Source of the DNA: Zancudomyces culisetae HAW-14-8
Lineage: Eukaryota; Fungi; Kickxellomycota
DNA length: 64,000 nucleotides
Assembly (NCBI GenBank): GCA_052426225.1
Contig: JBNJNM010000008.1
Location: 1,550,001 to 1,614,000, forward strand
Direction: 5' to 3'
Positions within the stretch are counted from its first letter, which is position 1; every line of letters begins with the position of its first letter. The notes under the pieces are model-generated. The model was not told the origin of the DNA. It did not search any database and saw only the letters and a program-made list of their open reading frames with translations. The translations under genes were made by a program, and so were the position numbers. This document shows positions 47,090 through 59,000 of the stretch, piece after piece.

Positions 47090-49494
47090 TTACTCGTCAG
47101 AATCCAACGTCAAGTCTACATAGTTGGTGGTATTATGCGTTGAAGGGGGTCCATGCGGGGGAGTGTCATTAAGGAGAAAGTGTATATTGATACTATCTGC
47201 GGAAAGATTACAAATTTCATTTCCTAGTGACGAGAATGAAGCATCGGAACAATTTTTCTTTTTCTGACCAATTTCCTCGTCGGCTATATCAATACTGGCT
47301 CGCTTGTATGGATGTAAAGAAGGCGGGATTTTCCAGGAACCATCAGGGTTCACTTCGACTTGATCACAATCGGAATTTGAATAGTGCTTAAGAATATCCT
47401 CAAAATAGGCGTCAATAAAGAGACTCTTTAGGTTTCGTATATTAGTTTGGCAAATGGGACAAATAAATGATGGGGAACCGCGGAATAGACAGAAAAAGGT
47501 GGTTGCATCAAAACATTGGCTATGAGTGCAGTACTTTGACCTAACTGGGACTTTGATACGGCACTGACCTAACTGTTTGGGAAAATCAACAAATTATAAA
47601 TGTTCTTTCAACTGTTTTCCGACCGCACCTGCTATTTTTTTTTAATAAAAAAATAAAAACAAAAAAAACCAAGAAACAAAAAACAAGAAACGGAAAAAAA
47701 ACAATAGATGTGAACACAGAGTACTTACTACACACTTCAGAGACAAATACGACTTTGTTTGAATGAGGTCTTCATCGTTATCACCTCGACACATACCTTG
47801 TAGAACTTTCTCCTTTGAAAATTGTTGATATTTCCTTAAATAGTTAACAAATTCCTGTTCAGAGTTAGCTTCAGCCAATTCTACAGTTAAAAGCATCCGC
47901 TATATAGCAGCACAGTAAAAAAAAAGGTAGAAAATTAGTCGAGTTTTCTGAAAGGTTGTAGTAGTGTATAAAATAGGCTTTGTTAATGAAAGTTTTGTGG
48001 ATGACTTACCTTCCTACTGGAAAAAGATATTTCCAGTGTATTGTGCAGTTTAAAGTTGACAACAGTTTTAGAAAACAAATCTATTGGCTCGGGATAGTCG
48101 CTTAAGGACTCGTTCTACAAGAAAAGATTGGTTTATTAGTTGTGTATTAAGCGTTAAATTGGCAATAAAAACATAAATAGAAATAAATATAAAAAAAGAG
48201 ACACCAATTATAGAGTCAAGCTGAACTTACAACGACCAGAACAGTTCCGTTAAACTTCGCCAAAACATTTTCAGGGTATTCTATTTTGTGTTCCGAAAAC
48301 GTGTTGATTGCATCCAATGCTCCCATGTTGAGTAAAATTGTGGCTGCCCCATTTCCGCTCTTTTTCCTACACATATAGACGTATATATATAATAAATCCA
48401 GGGTTTAGAGAGTGTACTACTCCTTGAAATCAAAGAAAGCTTACGCCGCGTTCAAGATGTCGACCTCGGATTTCGACAGTTTTATAGTCCATTTAAGAGT
48501 AGTTATCTGTAGAGAGTTTCCTATTAAGTTATGATTTGTTTAATATACTAGCCATGTGTCCATAAACTAAGAAATTAATTACCTATACTAATTTGAGGGT
48601 TCCCTATAATTCTGATTCTTTTGTATAATGGGCTTTCTTCAAACTTGAGATTTCCTGTCAACCTTGTTTCGATAACCTTATGGTACTCTATGCTGCCTTT
48701 GTTTTTACCACTACCTTTGTTAATATACAAGTTCACGACATTGATGCTATTTATGTTTCCCAAACGTTCTACTTTATCTATAGTACATTTTGTTCTGTGG
48801 TTAGTACTCTGGCTCACAAAAAGGAAATAAATGTCTTTTCTTTTGCTCGTTTGGCTAAAAGAAATACGTAAAATAACATACCGGTACCTAAGTCCTCTGT
48901 TCTATCTGTTATAGTATGATTATCTACTTTTTGCACTGTCAAATTCATTTCAGAAACATCTTTGCGTGATCTGTGAGTATTCCCATGAGAATTTTCCGAA
49001 GACTTGGAGTTTAGATCCAACTCATTGGGAAAATCGGTTAGATCGATTGTGTACAAATTGCTGTCGCGCCAAATAAACTTTGTAAATCCGGTTTGGGATT
49101 TGAAGAGCCCCGCTTTTGCTATAGTGTGTAGTCTTGCTATTGCAAGAATTAACTTGTAGTAGTTTACTCGATCATGTTTGCCGTAAACTTCTTCAATCAG
49201 GTCAGTTAGCACTTGTATAAGCTCCTTCTTTCTTTTTGAATGTAGATTGGTCAGCTTTATTTGAGTAAATTCTGAAAGAAAGTTTATTAGTCGGATGGCA
49301 TTCGGAATAGTTATCTTTGAGATTGGAACCTAGTAGAATATCACAGATAAGGACGTTTTTGAAACAAGGAATTATAGGCTGATGTTATTTTGTTGAATTC
49401 AAGGCATCCCGAGAATAAAATGAAGCGGATTCATGAAGATAAGCATATTTTTAAAACTTACCGCAAGACTCTCCAACGTAAGAACAGTTTCCAT
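47090..49494 (-). CDS. SIZ/PIAS-type SUMO E3 ligase (PINIT-like region and SP-RING), multi-exon
   Basis: The spliced SP-RING reads LSLKCV|LGQCRIKVPVRSKYCTHSQCFDA...ICPIC...IDAYFEDIL...VEVNPDGSW. Also LKFEESPLYK before the PINIT-like region and a C-terminal SIM-like VDLTLDSDE. Start codon uncertain. Confidence 0.85.
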
Positions 49495-50512
49495 CACGGT
49501 ATCCTTTCTTATTTTCTTGTACAATCTATAGAGTCTGGTAAAAATAATGTTAAATCTTGCATTTATGTCTAGTTGATTGCTGGAAAACGTTCTGTATTTA
49601 AAAGAGACTTTCTGGTTTGGCTAATTGGGGTGCTCCATCAACTTTGCAAATAAATGTCAAAAACTCGTGCAAAAAAAAAATGCCGGCTAAATCAGATTGT
49701 AGTTTTTTTTTCTTGTGAGCAAGTATTTCGCGAACCAAAAGACAATAGGAAAATATGCATGTGTAGAGAACGAGTTTTACAGGTTGATGGTTACTCATTC
49801 CATTAACAGGAGAAAAAGCAAAACAATCATAAAATCTGATTTGTAGATGCACAAAAATGACAAAAAAAAAGATAGGGATAACAAACTTCCTTGACTTTTA
49901 GTTTTTACTCTGAACCACCAAAATTCTACATTCTGGGCAGCATTCACCACCAAAATTATCTTGATATTTTTTCAGCTTGAGATAAAAAGGGAAGTGGAAT
50001 GGAGTGGTGCGAGGTGAGCTAGCTACATTATCTGATTTTCCGACATAACTTTGGGGATGGTGTCCTCTAAGGTAAGTTTGTTGGCTATATTTACGTAATA
50101 TACTTGTCTTACTCTTATGCAAAACACGTGAAACGAAAATGGAGAGGAGTGGCAAAAAATAAAACTGCTAGTTTTGATCCAAAACAGACACACCAATAAA
50201 CAATTTGCTGTAATTTATTTATTTTTCATGGAATTTGCGTAAGGAAATCAGAACCCATGGAAAACACAGCAATTCTATTAGCTGGTGCTATTTTTTTTAA
50301 ACTATTTTGTACCTGCGGAATAGTTCTCAATAATTGTTTTCACTATTAATGGAAGACAGGATATAGGGTGTAAAATAGGGATGGGAGTATCAATACCAGT
50401 ATAATTGGGATATTAATTGTATTACAGTAAAACATCTTGCATTGTGATTTGTAAGCCAGAAAAGGTCTGAATATTTAATCAACTAGGGATCGGAGGAGGG
50501 ATATTAAGCAAA

Positions 50513-53500
50513 ATGAAAGCACACCTAACACAAATTCCAAAAAGCACCATTTACAAATTGTGCTCAGGCCAAGTCATAATAGATATCGGAACAGCGATTA
50601 AAGAGATTATTGAGAATAGTCTCGATGCAGGAGCGAATGTAGTAGGTAAGGAGGGCGACTTGTCACTATTTCGTACCAGTAATAGGCTATAAAAACAACC
50701 TTTTTGTTTTCACATTACAAATTCTTGACACTGTTTGATACGAGGTATTCGAAAAATCGGGCAGTTTATCACAACTTTTATGGAAAATAAAATAGAGGTA
50801 AAAATTAAAAACTATGGGCTAGAAAGCATAATCATAACAGACAACGGTAGTGGAATAGAAAGCGAGAACTTTGAAGCACTATGTAAGAATATTTTAACGA
50901 TACTCAAAGAAAAGAGCAATCTTAAATTTATTTGCTGGCAGCTTCGCTGTTTCCACTATAAATGCTTACAAAAAAGTACACGTATACGATAACACGAAGT
51001 GTGTATCCTAACTGTATAGGTCGAAAGAATTGGACTTCAAAGCTGGAGGCATTTGAAGACTTGACAAGAATAGGCTCATTTGGGTTCAGAGGCGAAGCGT
51101 TGAGTTCGCTGTGCTCTGTTGCATCGGTCACAGTAATTACTGCTACAGAAGATACCAAACCCATGGGTGCAATGTTGGAATATGATGAAAAGGGCGAGTT
51201 GAAATCACAAAAGCCGATAGCAAGAGAGGTAAGATTAATTTCTGTTGATTTAACATCAAAGTAGTAAACCATGTTTATTTTGATTGGGTTTATTTCTGCC
51301 TTTTGTTTGAACCATTGTTTTTATTTTCAAGCCAATAATTAATGCAAATATATGTCCATATATATGTGTTGTGTATGTGTATGAATATGTGTAATAGAGG
51401 GGAACAACAGTCATCCTTCGAAATCTATTTAAAAACTGGCCGGTTAGATACCAAGAATTTAAAAGAAACCACAAAAAAGATTTTGCAAAGTGTATATGGC
51501 AGGTTGAGCAATACGCAATCATTTCTGACGGTCTACAGATATCGCTATACAATCAGACCAACAACAGGTATTGTTATTATTCTCGTTGATATCACACTTA
51601 GGCTTAGTTATATTTGTCATTCTAAGAAGTGTCATGTTTCACGCTATGTATCTTGCAATATTTTGTGTTTATATTTACCATACGAAATGTATACATTCAA
51701 GTTACAAGTCTATGGTTTTATTATTTTAGTGGATTGGGTCTGATATTGCGGACGCAAAAAACCAGTACCATGTTGGAAAAGATCAATTCTTTATTTGGAA
51801 AAGGGATAAGAGATAAAATGCTTGAAATAAACGAATTCAGAGAAGATAAAGAAAGGTATGGATACATCCTGGTGTAAAAGAAAAAAAAATCTACACATTC
51901 CCCCTGTGGTGTATAACTTCTAGCAGAGAATCTAACTTCATTGATGTACTTTTAAACCCATCATAGAGCTGGGATAAGGTTTGAATTCAATGGATATATA
52001 AGCAGCCCAGTGCCAGGTTGTGGTCGAAGCAGCTCAGATAAGCAATATTTGTATTTGAATGGAAAACCATGCGAAATACCAAAGGTAAGATGACACTTTG
52101 GCTTGTTTTGTGTATATATCTGGGTTCTACGAACTTTTAAACTTTATTTGCCGTTTTTGGTTTTGTTTTAAAATAGATGAAGCGAGTAATGAACGAAGTT
52201 TACAGAGAATACAATCCTGTGCAGTACCCGATGGCCATCTTGAACATCAAATTAAATCCAGGTAACAACCTATAAATAAAAAAAGACGAATACTCAAAAA
52301 AAAAAAAATAAGATATAAGAATGTGGGTTAATAATATGACTTTATGTGTTGCTAGGTACTGTTGATTTCAACGTTAGTCCTGATAAACGGAGTGTATTTA
52401 TTCAGTATGAACAAGAACTTGCGGATATATTACATGTAAGTTCAGCAATAATATCTACTAATACAAGTCAATAACTTGGAAATTAAGTTGGTGTTGAAGT
52501 TGTAAACTTGTAAACTTGTGAAAAATCAGTATATTGATAAATACCAACCCGAATAGGATGTGTTGAAAAAAGCATTTATACCTACAAAGGCATCGATTTC
52601 CCTTAGTACTACACAGGCGCTCAATAAACAGCTTTCGGTGATGGAGTTTATACCCACTTCAAAGGAGTTACAACCAAATAACACAGTTCAGGTCGATGAA
52701 CAGGAGAAAACCGCTGGATTACAAGGTGACCAACAAAGAGTTAGCAAAAACATAGAAAAAGTGAATGTACCTGACAGTGGACAACCAAATAATAATGAAC
52801 GTGCAAGGGATGGTACAAGCACAAAAGAAAGCAATGCAGCACCCGATTTGGGATCTAGTGTGAACCACGGCAACATGATGCAAACTTCACCCATAAGAAA
52901 TAGCGCAGTCCAAAACGAAGCGAATAGCAGTGGCTACAACGCGACGTTGCGTGATTTTGTAACAGTGGATGAACCCAGACCAACAAGGGTTCCGATTCGC
53001 GATAATGAGGTACAGAACCAGACAAAACGTATAGAACAGGACATACGAAGTACACCTGAGGGTAGTGCTCGTAAATCAATGGTAAATCTCGGTGAGCGCT
53101 CAAAAACTAATCCATTCAGGTCACCAGCGACACCAGATGTGAAAGCTGCTAGTGATACGCCTAAAAAAGTACCACTTCCGGCAACACGATGTTTATGTTT
53201 AAACAGAAGCCTAACAGCAACAGTAAGTATGTCTGAAATAGTTGAAGGCGTGCTAAATCATGGAAACCAGATGGATCTTGATTCGGATTTTGTACTAGGT
53301 GGGGATGGGGATAAAGATGGGGATAAAGATACGACCGGTTCTCTGGGCGTGGCTGGGGTCAAGAACTTGGATAATGATAGCGCAGCATTATCATTGAGTA
53401 CGATACTCAAAAAAGAAGATTTTGGGAGAATGCAGGTAGTTGGACAATTTAATCTAGGATTTGTTGTGGCAAAACTGGATGACGACTTGTTTATTGTAGA

Positions 53501-54563
53501 CCAACATGCCTCAGACGAAAAAAGCAATTTTGAAGAACTTCAGTTGAAATCTGTTATTTCATCACAACCACTTATAAGGTAAGTTTTTAATAGTCTTATT
53601 GTTAGACTTGTTTATGATGATTTGTATTTTTGAAGGATAAAAGTGGGGAGGGAGGGGGGGGGGAAGATGGAAAAAAAATAATAATTATAAATTAAAAATT
53701 AAAAAAGGATACTAAACAGATCATTTTATGAATAACATGGGAAAATAGACCCTTAAATCTTGAACTGAGTATTGCGGATGAACAGACAGCGTTTGAACAC
53801 CAAGATTTGCTTGCAAAAAACGGATTTTTGATAAAGGAAAATCACGAAGCAACACCAGGAAATCGGATACAATTATTGAGCCAGCCCGTTATTGGTAACG
53901 TTATATTCAGTGCCGAAGGTAAATACCGATATTAAATAGAGGGGGGAGAATCAGTTTATCCTTACTTTTTCCTTTTCCTTTTTCTTGACTTGATTGAAAA
54001 AAATAGCATTGTTATATTGTATAAATAAGCGTGGTGGTTAAAATACAATATAAAGTTTTTTTTTGACAAGTGGATATTATAATTGATGAACACAAAAAAA
54101 AGTATATGTATATATAATGATTAATTACTAATGATTAATGGTGTTAATATTGGTGGTGGATTATAGACTTTAAAGAGTTGTTATTAAAAATCCAACATAA
54201 TCCTTCAGAATCTACGAGATGTTCCAGGGCAAGAAGGGTGTTTGCTTCAAGGGCATGTAGGAAATCAATAATGATTGGGGATGGTTTAAACCACGGACAA
54301 ATGAAAAAGGTAATTATATTTTAGTATGTGTTTTATACTTTGGAGAATAGAGTTAGATTACGGGGGGTTATACTATATGTATTATAGCTGGGTTTTAAGT
54401 TTTGGGTATTGGGTTTTATGAATAGATTCTTTCCAGGCTGGGTGAATTGAAACATCCTTGGAACTGTCCACATGGTAGACCCACACTAAGGCATCTACAT
54501 AGGATTGAGTGTCCGAATCCATCATCACGAAAGTTTAAGTGGAACGGTTCTATATTTTCGTAG
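50513..54563 (+). CDS. PMS1: MutL-alpha endonuclease subunit Pms1/PMS2 (about 12 exons)
   Basis: [63 protein letters not shown], endonuclease motif [24 protein letters not shown] and [10 protein letters not shown]. Confidence 0.95.
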
Positions 54564-56006
54564 TCTTTTTTTTTCTTTCTGTCTTTTATAGTTTAGTAGA
54601 GGTGTTTTTCCACCTAAAACCAAAACATTTCCAATGAATGCATTGATTTTTTAGTCGTGAGTAAAAAGAAAAGAGAAAAAAAGAAAGAACAAGTTTGAAT
54701 GAATGAATAAGACCGGCGAACGGGTTACTTTATCAAGTTGTAGGCTATGATAATCTGCCGAGTAGTAATATATGGAGAGTATATATAGTAGCTAAATTGT
54801 ATTTAAAAGATTTGGCTTTTCTTCAGGTTAAACAGTTTTAGATTATTGAGATTATGAAAATATTTGGGGAATAAATTTTTTTGTTTTATGGGTAATTAGC
54901 TCTTTAATTTATAATGAGATCAAAAATGTCGATGAAAAATGGGAATAATGGTAAATCGATGGATTGATGAACTGAGGAATTGGTGGATTGTGAAAATGGG
55001 AGGGAGGGGGAAGGTATGGATGTATTATTTACAATCAACAAGTGAGATAGAAAGATGGGGGTGGAGGTGGGGGTGAAGACTGTTTCATTGTATTTGGATT
55101 AATCTAAACTAAACTAAACTAAACTAAATGAAATGTTAAAAACTAGTTTGATCTTTATTTTATTTTGGGACAAGATTAATCAAATAGATAATCATAATAC
55201 ATCAATCTTGCCAGTGTAATTTCAAGAGATGGTTTATCAAAAATCAGCAAGTTTAATCAGATAAACAAAAAAAGCGATTGTACTCCTTGTATATAATTTA
55301 CAAGAGACTTTGAAACAAATCACGAAATAAGTATTTTTATATTACTTTATTTTATACTATTTTATTAGATAAAGAAAAACCTATTAATGTTAATAATACC
55401 AAATATTTTTAATTTTTTGATTTTATAGCTGTTGAAAATTCACAGTTATTTCATTGATTATTTAGTCATTTAATCTTTATGCAAAAAAAATATGTATGTA
55501 TAAAAAAACTATTTAAATTTATTGTGAAAAAAAAATTTTTTTCATATTAATTTTTAATTGAACAAGTTGAAGTATTATGTAATCAACAAAAAAATAGATA
55601 TTATAAAATAAATCAAAATGAAATAAAATAAAATAGAAAAAGGTATAGTAGCATTTAAAATCGCGAATGGCACCTGCATTGACAAAATCAATTTGTTGGT
55701 AATGTTTTTATTATACATTTATTATTTTCAAATACAATTATAAAATAGACTGTAAATCATGAAATTTATTTTCCAATTTGTACATACAAATTGTATATAC
55801 AATTTTATTATTATTATTATTATTATTTAGCGAGACAAATTAAAGTATTATACTTGCAAAACGTTTAGTTTGTATAATAGTAATAGCAATATTGGAAAAA
55901 AAAAGTGAAAAAGAATTACATACAAAGTAATATAGAAAGATAGAGAATCTAGAAAATTAGAATACTAGAAAGAGAAATAGAGAGAGTGAAAAAAAAAGGG
56001 GCAGAA

Positions 56007-59000
56007 ATGCTGGAAAATAAAAATGTATCGATAGATTCACAGCTGTCTATACAGGATAAAGGTAAGTGTTACTGGGGTTAGAATCCAATTCCCATTCCCA
56101 TTCTCATTCTCATATGTATATTATGCCTTCTAGATGGATTTAAATGGTACAAACTAACAATTTATTTTTTGTATATTCCTAACACTTGTAGAGGTAAATA
56201 CCAGAATAACATTTAGAATTTTAAATGTCCGCACATTGGTGAATTAGTAAAAATGACTAGTACAAACAAAGTCATTTTTACTTTCTCTTTCTCTTTCTCT
56301 TATTATTTTTTCATATTTAAAAAAGAAGCAGGGGAGTGGGGAGGGAAGGGAATTGTTGATTTATTTTTCTTTTTTTCAATGCTGGAAAATTACATTTTGA
56401 TCAAAGGTACTAAAAGGGGATAAATTGCATAAATGTGATTAGATGTACTTTGAAGTATCACAACTTTTGAAAAATGGACCGTTTAGAGAGCTAGGAAAGG
56501 AAATGAAGAGAATCCTTGAAGAAAATAAAGGATTGTTGCCAGAAAGATACAGTTGGGAAGGAGAGCGAATGGTTAGGGAGTATGAAGAGTTGGTAAGTAA
56601 TCTAAGGGAAAACGTTAGTATGGATTTATCAATGGGAGGGAGACTATTAGAAAAAGAAGGCTTTTAAAAATAAAAATAAATATGAAAATGTAAAAAATGT
56701 AAATAATGTAGGAGAGGGAAAAGGAGGCAAAGAAGAAAAGAGACGAGAAAAACAAATTGGGGAAACGAATAATGCGGCTTGGCAGTGAGCGGAGTTTACT
56801 TCGAAATGTATATAGACAACGGACAGAGTTGCGGGCAGAGAGTTTACGGGAGGGGAGATTGCCAGTGGAGATAATATCGGGGTTCAAGCGGTTGGTACGG
56901 TGCCATGGGCATAAATTTCCGACGTTTTGTGCGATGTTTGATAGAAATGGACAGCGGATGATTACAGGGAGCGATGATTATTTGGTGAAGACATGGTGTA
57001 CAAAGACGGGGTATTTGATTCATACGTTTCGGGGGCATAAGGATGTGATTTCGGACATTGCACTGAATCAAGAAAACACATTGTTGGCATCAGGATCGAG
57101 TGATGGAACGGTACGGATATGGAATCTGCAAACGGGCAAGCCAGAAAGTGTGCTAACGGGAAGTATAGGTTCAGGAGCAGTAAGTTGATACATTGATTAG
57201 TTAATTCGTTAAATAAATCTATAAATAAATAAATACATAATATAAAAAATGGGGGAAAAAATGGAAATAGAAAAAGGGAATTACAGCGGTAGTATTTTCA
57301 CCAGCACCAGTGGGGGAAATAAGATATTTGGCAGCGACAAGTGAAGATGGATTTTGTAGATTATACAAGTGGGAGCGAGAGACAAACAAGTTCAATACAC
57401 GGGCAGTGGAGATAGAGGCGAAGATGGGGCCACGCGACAGTATCAGTAGTATGACAATTAACAATACAGGGTCGACAATGGCACTAGCTACGAAGAGTGG
57501 GTATATATTTTTGGTGACGTTTATAGCAGAGGCTAAGGAGCAAATGTTATTGGCGTCGTTGGCAGGAGAGGAGAACCAAATGAAGAAGCGAGGAGGAAGA
57601 GGAGTGGATCAAATAGAGTGGGGAGGGCCACAGGTGTTTAGTGTGTTTCCGGGGCATTCACACAACATTTCAACATTGATATACTCGAACGACGGGAGAA
57701 GACTATTGTCGGGGTCAGCTGATGGGTCGGCGTATATTTGGGAGTTTGATTTGGCAGGCAAAGTGAAGCGGCGGATATTGTTGGATGTAGGCGACAATTA
57801 TTGTCCTCTGAACAACGAGGCAAACAACTTGCCACATATCTCGGGGTCGACAGAAGTAGAGATTGGTACAGGAACAATAGTAGAAAAGGCGGTGGAGGCC
57901 AACCAGATAACGTGGACAGTTGATGACAAGATGGTGCTTGTGAGCAACAGTGTCGGCGTGGTGGCGGGGTTTGACGCGGAAACAGGGAGGTTAAGGTGGA
58001 AGGCTCGAGAGCATAAGAAGCAGGAGATATACGTGTTGGTTGCACATCCAACCGATAACCGTATAGCTGTTTCGGGGGGCTACGACGGGCAAGTTGTGGT
58101 TTGGGATGTAGTAAAGGGTGTGGCTTTGCACCGGATGGAGATTGGAGAGCAAATCTTTGATGGACGTTTTTCTGATGACGGTCGATACTTTGTGGTGGCG
58201 GGTGAAGAAGGGATTGCGTATTTGTTTGGGTATATCGATGACCAGCGCCAATACACCGATGCCAATATGATGCCTGAGCAAATGTTTCCAGCCGACTATA
58301 ACCAGACTGTAATGGATTCCAACTACTTTGTGGTTGATGAAATTACCCAGCTTCCTCCTCATCTGATGGACCACGGACTGTTACAGGACTTTGATGGCCG
58401 TCAATTCCGTATGCAGAAGGGTCCGAAGTTTGGCATGGATCTTGAAATTGGTCTTTCCAGCTGTTCGAGATTATATGCCGAAAATATTGACCGCCTTGAG
58501 CATCTCAAACATGAAATTGTAGCATCGTCTTCTCTAAAGGCTGCCGTTAAGACTTGTGATGCGCTAGTAAAGGTTTTGCGGGGAACTCGTCGTGTGCGAA
58601 CCGGCAACAACCGGTTAGCAACAGTAGGTGCAGGTGCAGGAACAGGAACAAGTACAGGAGGAATGGGATTGGGAGTGGGAGTGGGGACAGCTGGGTCAGC
58701 TAGAGATTCAGGGCGGCAAACCCGTACAGTTTCGGAGACAGTAGGTGAAGAGCAACCAGTTGATGCTGGAGTGTTGGTTTTGGATGATGCAAATGACGAG
58801 GATTATACGACAGATGGAGGTGACGATGATGACGATGATGATGACATGGTTGTTGACGATGATGATGTTGCAATGTTCAGATATTCTGCCATGTACGATT
58901 CTGATTATAGTACAAACAACAATTACTCTCGATCCAATTTCTCTTCATCTTCTACCAATACTAGATCTCAACGTCGTATTCGAACCAGAGCTCGTGCTGA

